Shown here: piece after piece, positions 58,318 to 64,000 of the stretch
How the letters are laid out: the number at the start of each line of letters is the position of its first letter
How positions within the stretch are numbered: the stretch's first letter is position 1
Sequence record: MK250027.1
DNA: 64,000 nucleotides
Reading direction: 5' to 3' (one strand)
Position numbers and translations under genes: made by a program
The notes under the pieces: generated by a model
Seen by the model: only the letters and a program-made list of their open reading frames with translations
The model's database searches: none
Told to the model about the DNA's origin: nothing

Positions 58318-59208
58318 ATGGAAAAGTATAATGTATTCCTTGGAGGAACATGTGCGGAATCTACATGGAGAGATTAGTTAATACCTATGTTGGATTAGTA
58401 TAACATAACATATTTTAACCCTGTAGTTGATGATTGGACAGAAGAATGTCAGGTAATCGAGAATTGGCATAAAGAGAACGATGATTATAATTTGTTTGTA
58501 ATTACGAAAGAAATGCAAGGTTGTTTCTCTATTGCAGAAGTTGTTGATTTATCTAATAAGAAACCCGCATAGACTTTATTCTGCGTCTTATATGATGGAA
58601 TGGAAAAGTTTATGGTTAAATCATGTAAAGCTACATCTGATCTTGTTAAAAAGAATGGAGGAATTATATTAGATACATTGGAAGATATTGCAGATTATCT
58701 TAATGGAAAGATTAACCAAACAACAGATAATGATATGTTTGAATATACTAATATACAAGAGATTAAACCAGATTCCGAAGTTCAAGATATTAATGATGAA
58801 TTTAATGATGTTCCAAAGATATTTCTTGCAGGAACAATAGATATGGGAAATTCAGTAGATTGGTAGAATTATCTTTGTAAATTCCTTGATGAACATAATA
58901 AGAGATGCGTGATATTTAATCCTCGAAGAAATGTTTGGTCTGATAATAAATTAGATGAATTCGAATATCAAGTTAATTGGGAATTAAATCATCTTGAAGA
59001 ATCTGATATTATATTGATGAATATTTTAGGAACAAGTAAATCTCCTATTACATTATTGGAGATGGGATTGTTTATGAAATCAGGGAAGTTGGTAGTTATA
59101 TGTGAAAAAGATTTTTATAGATATGGTAATGTTGAAATAACATGTCATAAATATAATGTTCCGTTATATAATAATTTAGAGGAATATCTAAATAATAATA
59201 TAAATTAA
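58318..59208 (+). CDS. Tandem two-domain nucleoside 2-deoxyribosyltransferase-like protein (296 aa, 4 TAG)
   Basis: Domain 1: VFLGGTC..STWRD...FNPVVDDW. Domain 2: IFLAGTIDMGNSVDW-(TAG)...FNPRR...QVNWELNHLE...SPITLLEMGL. Confidence 0.8.
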
Positions 59209-59210
59209 TT

Positions 59211-60236
59211 ATGAAAAAACTTAATATTAAGAAGATATTAAAGAATACATGGTTATGTATTAAATATCCATTTTTGTATCCAAGAAATAGATTTACAGAT
59301 GAACATTATAATAATAGAAAAATATCAAATAAAATTTGGGATTTAAGAAATAATGGTATTAAAACAATATCAATAAAAGTATTAAAAGAAGATGATTTTA
59401 ATAACGAATTAAAATCATTATTAGCAAAAAAAGATAATGTTGATAGGAAAACTACAATATCTTTTGATTATAAAGGTTCCAATATAACATTAAGACATCA
59501 TAATATTCCAAATTGTTCTATAGAGTTAACAGTAATTCGTGATGGTAAAGAAATATATAATACTATATATAAGTTAGATGAATATCATATTATATATAAT
59601 GCATTATTTTATATAACAACAAGGAAAACATTATCAGGTGATATTATAAATCCTGTTATATATGTTTCAGTTAAATCAATAGATGATGCAAAAGATAATC
59701 TATTTAAATATGTAACCCTTAATATAATTAAATATGCAAATATTAAATTATATCTATATAAAAAATTAAATTCATTTTTAGGATTATTCCATATATTACC
59801 ATCTTATACAGAATTAGATTCATTAGATAAAGGATGGAGAATAAGATTTGGTGAAGATATATGTAAAGACATAAGGAATAGTTTATTGCATACATATACT
59901 AAAGAAATTAAAAATAAAATTTCTATTTCTTATATAATAGCATATGTAAAAGGAATACGTATGTTATTGAATTACAGGATTGAACAGATTAAAGAGAAAT
60001 ACGGAGGTCTCCGTTGGTATTCTAATGGAGATACAGAAGAAATACATAATATTATAAACAAATATGAAACTATTTCTTATAATACATGTATAGTATGCGG
60101 TAAACCTGCAAAATATATAACTAAAGGATGGATTTGTCCTTATTGTGAAGAACATGTTCCAGATAAAGATAGAGCAAGTTTAATAAAAAAAGGTGAAACT
60201 CCATATGAAACTATTAATAATGAAAATCCTTTTTAA
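59211..60236 (+). CDS. Hypothetical protein (341 aa) with C-terminal QIKEKYGGLRWY...CxxCG...C domain
   Basis: Track ORF. The C-terminal motif is recalled as common in phage proteins. Confidence 0.75.
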   Translation: MKKLNIKKILKNTWLCIKYPFLYPRNRFTDEHYNNRKISNKIWDLRNNGIKTISIKVLKEDDFNNELKSLLAKKDNVDRKTTISFDYKGSNITLRHHNIPNCSIELTVIRDGKEIYNTIYKLDEYHIIYNALFYITTRKTLSGDIINPVIYVSVKSIDDAKDNLFKYVTLNIIKYANIKLYLYKKLNSFLGLFHILPSYTELDSLDKGWRIRFGEDICKDIRNSLLHTYTKEIKNKISISYIIAYVKGIRMLLNYRIEQIKEKYGGLRWYSNGDTEEIHNIINKYETISYNTCIVCGKPAKYITKGWICPYCEEHVPDKDRASLIKKGETPYETINNENPF

Positions 60237-60238
60237 TT

Positions 60239-60796
60239 ATGAGTAATAAGATTTTAAAATTACCGGGAAATGTATATTATGAAGTTGTTTCAAATAATGA
60301 GAAAAACTGTGATAATTGTTCATTTGCTGGAAATTGTGGAAATTGTTGGTTAACATGTAACGGTTATCAGTGTGATATAGATAATAAGAAATTTATATAT
60401 CGACGATTACCAGATTTATTTAGTGGTTATCAAAATGATGATAATTATAAACAGATATTAGATATTGTAGAAAATACAAAGGTAAATGATTTTCTATCAG
60501 AACAAGAACAAGATATGATTAAGTTGGTTATTAATACATATCTTAAACATGATGAACATTATCTCGTGAAAGATGGTAGAATTCTCTATAACAAGACTTT
60601 TGCATTGAGGCTATATAATTTCTTATCTGATATAAAATCGGATGATACAGAAGAAATAAACAAGCTTAATGGAAGTGTTTCATTTGCTAAGGGATTATTG
60701 AATTTACAATTGAAAACTTGTACAGATGAAAAAGAGTTTGATTATTTCAAGAATGTTGGGTTGTGTGATGAGAATAATAATGTTAAATTAGTCTGA
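60239..60796 (+). CDS. Hypothetical protein (185 aa) with Cys-rich N-terminus
   Basis: Track ORF with TGA stop. Confidence 0.75.
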   Translation: MSNKILKLPGNVYYEVVSNNEKNCDNCSFAGNCGNCWLTCNGYQCDIDNKKFIYRRLPDLFSGYQNDDNYKQILDIVENTKVNDFLSEQEQDMIKLVINTYLKHDEHYLVKDGRILYNKTFALRLYNFLSDIKSDDTEEINKLNGSVSFAKGLLNLQLKTCTDEKEFDYFKNVGLCDENNNVKLV

Positions 60797-60802
60797 TATA
60801 TT

Positions 60803-60940
60803 ATGGAAGAAATAATGGATGCATTACGGATAAAGGATAATAAATCCGTAAAGGTTAAAAGAATGTCAAAAATTCAATGGATTGATATAGAAACAAATGA
60901 AACTTATTTGCTTCATATAGATATTGAGCTTTTATATTGA
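60803..60940 (+). CDS. Small hypothetical protein (45 aa)
   Basis: ATG 6 nt after the previous stop; TGA at 60940. Confidence 0.4.
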   Translation: MEEIMDALRIKDNKSVKVKRMSKIQWIDIETNETYLLHIDIELLY

Positions 60941-61102
60941 AAAATATTTTAAAAAAATTATTGATAAAAATCAAACTTTTGAATATTTTATCAATAAATA
61001 TTATAATCAATAACGTAATTTAAAATTTATTTTAACTATCTGGTCCTGTCTGTTTGTGAAAATCGTCAGGACTTCTTTTTATTTAACATAACTCATATTA
61101 TT

Positions 61103-61396
61103 ATGCAAACATTAAAAATTAAATATAAATCAGATAATATAGATATAATTAAAAAATATATACAGTAGTATAATTCTGTATATAGGGTTGCATATAATAA
61201 ATTAAATAATTCTGAACATGTTTCTTATAAAATATTATTAAAGTTGAATAATATAGAATTATTAGATAGTTGGTTTATATTATCTGCATTAACTGATGCT
61301 AAAACATTATTATCTATTATTGGTAAAGGTAATCGTAAATTTAAATTAAGCTATAATTTGACATCAGTTATTTTAAAGTTAAAAGATAAAAAATAA
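61103..61396 (+). pseudogene. Truncated TnpB-like remnant (97 aa, 1 TAG), unrelated in sequence to the 30921-32054 TnpB
   Basis: MQTLKIKY...QQYNSVYRVAYN...LNNIELLDSWFILSA..DAK and KGNRKF resemble the N-terminal part of a TnpB subfamily common in phages. No RuvC motifs are present. Family recalled, not searched. Confidence 0.5.
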
Positions 61397-61429
61397 ATTT
61401 TAAATTGATTTTTTAATTCCAAAAATTAT

Positions 61430-61455
61430 GTGTATCTTTGTATTGTTAATAAAAT
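61430..61455 (+). promoter_or_regulatory. Bacteroidetes-type early promoter
   Basis: TGTGTATCTTTGTATTGTTAATAAAA, with TATCTTTG at 61433-61440. Confidence 0.8.
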
Positions 61456-61490
61456 AAGATAATAAACAATTAAAAATAATATAAAGAATT

Positions 61491-62057
61491 ATGGCACAGA
61501 AATCATCAATAGAAAGACAGCATGAATTTGATATTGCATATATGAACATGGCTCTCGCTATGAGTAAACTTTCATATGCAATTAAGAAACAAGTAGGTTG
61601 TATTATTGTATCTAAGGATGATCAGGTAATTTCCCAAGGATTTAATGGTATGCCTATTGGAATGCCTAATATCTGTGAGGAAATCTATAATATCAATACA
61701 GGTGAACATACAACACTTGAAACTCCTGAATCATATCATGATAAGAAGAAGCAAGAGGAAATTCTTGTACAGTACCGTAATATCAATAAAGGTATGATGC
61801 CAGGCTTTCGACTTATTACAAAGGATATTACCTTGCATGCTGAAAGCAATGCAGTAACGAAACTTGCTAAGTATAATTCATCAGCAAAAGGTGGAACCGT
61901 ATATGTAACACTTTCTCCTTGTATTCATTGTGCTAAACTTTTGGTACAATCAGAGGTATCTCGTGTTGTTTATCTTAATAATTATAAGAGTGATGCAGGT
62001 ATTAAACTTTTGGAAGAATGTGACATTGTAGTAGAGAAACTTAATATTGATGAGTAA
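61491..62057 (+). CDS. dCMP deaminase
   Basis: VGCIIV, GFNGMP, HAESNA and TLSPCIHCAKLL zinc-deaminase motifs. Confidence 0.92.
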   Translation: MAQKSSIERQHEFDIAYMNMALAMSKLSYAIKKQVGCIIVSKDDQVISQGFNGMPIGMPNICEEIYNINTGEHTTLETPESYHDKKKQEEILVQYRNINKGMMPGFRLITKDITLHAESNAVTKLAKYNSSAKGGTVYVTLSPCIHCAKLLVQSEVSRVVYLNNYKSDAGIKLLEECDIVVEKLNIDE

Positions 62058-62974
62058 TGAATATAGATAAATTAAAAAAAGATATATCAATATCTATTAA
62101 AGATACATTAAAAAAATATAATTTTAATGATTCCAAAATTAATGATATTTTGGAATCATTAAATTCATATATGGATGAAGGAATAGAGTTTGATGATGAA
62201 ACACATATTGTTTCATTCAATCCAAATCATCAAGAATATGTAGATACAAATGATCCTTGGAACCCGAAACCTATATATAATGAAGTAGAAGGTTATAAGG
62301 TAATTTCGATATTTAAACGTAAAGAAACAGAAGATAGATATGATGGTAATCCATTAATTTATGCATTAAAAGGTTTGCATGGATGGAAATTTTCAAATCC
62401 ATCATATGATATATTTGCTTTATTACGTAGATTCGTTGCAGTTACAAAAGAATTAAAAGAAAAGTTTGATGTAATTATTACTATACCTTCTTCAAATAAA
62501 TTAAATACAGAAGTATTATATAGAGTTAAAAAACTTATTACGTGCGAACATACATATACTGATTTTTTCCAGAAGCTTGATGCAAATGACGTATATGAAG
62601 GTTTTTTAAATACTGATTGGTTTGATACTCATTGTAAAAATAAAGAAGAGGAAGAAAAAATACATAAGTTAATATCAAGATCAATACGGCATATGAATTT
62701 ACCAAAAAATAAAAATGGCAATGATGGAATATTTTCATATAAATTTTTAGGTAAACCATTAAGGAATGCAATTATTCAATCTATGTATATTAATGATATA
62801 TATAAAGATGAAATTACATATGGAAAATATCTTAATGATAAGAAGATATTGGTTATAGATGATACAGTTACATCAGGTAAAACTATATCAGATTCTGCTG
62901 ATGCTATATTGGAAACTTATGCACCAAAATCAATAACATTTTTAACTTTATTTTCTCCATTAACAAAAAATTAA
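62057..62974 (+). CDS. Phosphoribosyltransferase-fold protein (305 aa)
   Basis: PRPP-binding loop ILVIDDTVTSGKTI; IPSS motif. Confidence 0.75.
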   Translation: MNIDKLKKDISISIKDTLKKYNFNDSKINDILESLNSYMDEGIEFDDETHIVSFNPNHQEYVDTNDPWNPKPIYNEVEGYKVISIFKRKETEDRYDGNPLIYALKGLHGWKFSNPSYDIFALLRRFVAVTKELKEKFDVIITIPSSNKLNTEVLYRVKKLITCEHTYTDFFQKLDANDVYEGFLNTDWFDTHCKNKEEEEKIHKLISRSIRHMNLPKNKNGNDGIFSYKFLGKPLRNAIIQSMYINDIYKDEITYGKYLNDKKILVIDDTVTSGKTISDSADAILETYAPKSITFLTLFSPLTKN

Positions 62975-63290
62975 TATTTTTTTGAAAAAAAGTTTCAAAA
63001 ATGAGAGACTTTTGAAAAAAATTTAGATATATATAATAAAGAAATAATTTTTAAAAACAAAAAAACTATGAAGCAATTTAATAACATATATAAAAATAAC
63101 GTTGATATTTATGCCGATTCATTTAATTGGTATGAACAAGATTGTTATGCAGATATGTTACGAGATATTGTGATTAGTTAATACGTTTATAAATAAAGAA
63201 ATAATAGTAAAACGATTAATATATTTTAAATCTTGAAACATTCTGCAATAAACAGAGAGTTTCAAGATTTTTTTCATTTATTATAGAAAT

Positions 63291-63381
63291 ACACAGATGT
63301 GCGAGTGGTTGATGCAGTTGGTCTCCAAAACCAATAACGGTATATATGTACTGTTCGAGGGTTCGAATCCTTCTCTGTGTG
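63291..63381 (+). tRNA. tRNA with CCA (Trp) anticodon and a long variable arm
   Basis: Acceptor ACACAGA/TCTGTGT, anticodon arm TTGGT-CTCCAAA-ACCAA, 22-nt variable region with an 8-bp stem, T arm GAGGG-TTCGAAT-CCTTC, G73. No encoded CCA end. Confidence 0.85.
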
Positions 63382-63573
63382 CAAATTAAAAATTTATACA
63401 AATAAAATAAGAATAATATGACAAAGTTAATACGACATATACATAAGCATCGAATACAGTTATAAATTGTTGATCTTATATTATACATTATTATATATAG
63501 GATTGACATAAGAAATCATGTTCCTATATGTTTAATGATATATTGTTGTATTATATTTAGGAACACTCCATAG

Positions 63574-63648
63574 TGGGGTGTAACTCAAAGGTCAGAGTGG
63601 TATTCTTAATAAGAATACTGGTAGTGGGTTCAACTCCCACCACCCCAA
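63574..63648 (+). tRNA. tRNA with an extended anticodon arm (central triplet AAT; identity uncertain)
   Basis: Acceptor TGGGGTG/CACCCCA, D arm ACTC/GAGT, T arm GTGGG-TTCAACT-CCCAC, A73. The anticodon arm GTATTCTTAATAAGAATAC is 2 nt longer than canonical. Confidence 0.75.
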
Positions 63649-63672
63649 CTAAAAATAAATTAAATTAGAAAA

Positions 63673-63921
63673 ATGGAAAAGATTAATTTAAAATCTTTAG
63701 TTAAGGGTACAGCAGACATTGTTTGTGTAAATTCAGGTGGTATTGTTGTTTATAACATTACATCAGATGATAATCATATATATTAGTTAGAAATAGATTT
63801 ATCAGATAAACATGATGTAGGTGAAACAGCAGCATTCTTGCCACATTATGATAGAGCTCTTATTCTTATGAGATGGATTAGACGTTCTATAGATAATGAT
63901 ACTATAATAAAGATTAAATAA
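63673..63921 (+). CDS. Conserved-looking small phage protein (82 aa, 1 TAG)
   Basis: ATG 63673 to TAA 63921 with TAG = Gln; C-terminal LMRWIRR motif. Confidence 0.7.
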
Positions 63922-63970
63922 AAATATTTTTGATTTTTTATCAGACAAATTTTTTTATTTGAAATATATT

Positions 63971-63996
63971 ATGTATCTTTGTATTGTTAATAAAAT
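63971..63996 (+). promoter_or_regulatory. Bacteroidetes-type early promoter for genes beyond the window
   Basis: ATGTATCTTTGTATTGTTAATAAAA, with TATCTTTG at 63974-63981. Confidence 0.75.
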
Positions 63997-64000
63997 AACA

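Noticed and set aside
35705-61072. Shared CTGTTTGTGAAAA 13-mer in hairpin loops at 35711-35723 (minus) and 61050-61062 (plus), plus TTTGTGAAA in the 3589-3612 hairpin
   Set aside because: Many exact 13-mer matches are expected by chance in 64 kb of about 75% AT sequence, and the stems are unrelated. Worth revisiting only if enriched genome-wide.
63518-63570. GTTCCTA...TAGGAAC-A stem resembling a tRNA acceptor
   Set aside because: Only about 32 nt lie inside and there are no D or T arms. It is more likely a spacer hairpin between tRNAs.
63291-63648. Either tRNA as the amber suppressor
   Set aside because: Neither anticodon loop can present CUA in the correct register.

Overview
This is a very AT-rich segment of a jumbo (mega) myovirus genome with T4-like genes. 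It uses genetic code 15 (TAG = Gln). Many ORFs in the supplied track are fragments of single genes cut at in-frame TAG codons. Reading TAG as Gln joins them into intact genes: tail sheath (1253 aa), baseplate spike, tail-completion protein, a 2066-aa Ig/BACON-like protein, MoxR ATPase, gp46/gp47 nuclease, M15 endolysin and TnpB. Five near-identical TATCTTTG promoters match the Bacteroidetes primary-sigma -7 element. Together with the recoding, this fits a Lak-type phage of Prevotella/Segatella (inference, not confirmed by any search). Genes left of about 32.6 kb lie mostly on the minus strand and genes right of an N gap (32945-33227) mostly on the plus strand. Other recognisable genes: clpX, smpB, nrdG, primase, dCMP deaminase, a VWA/metallopeptidase partner for MoxR, a homing endonuclease and two atypical tRNAs. 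The strongest candidate for a new system is at 30718-32116. A transposase-less, catalytically intact TnpB with its omega-RNA sits between two copies of the last 54 nt of a UvsY-like gene. The copies differ only at 5 synonymous positions, and one copy occupies the guide position. This suggests an RNA-guided homing element that repairs its target gene with a recoded, cleavage-resistant tail. Other leads are a shared N-terminal L-x-E-S leader on many late proteins (T4 gp21-like cleavage and packaging signal), a Trp-anticodon tRNA with a Ser-like body, and a tRNA with an extended anticodon arm. All translations through TAG and all codon counts were done by hand.
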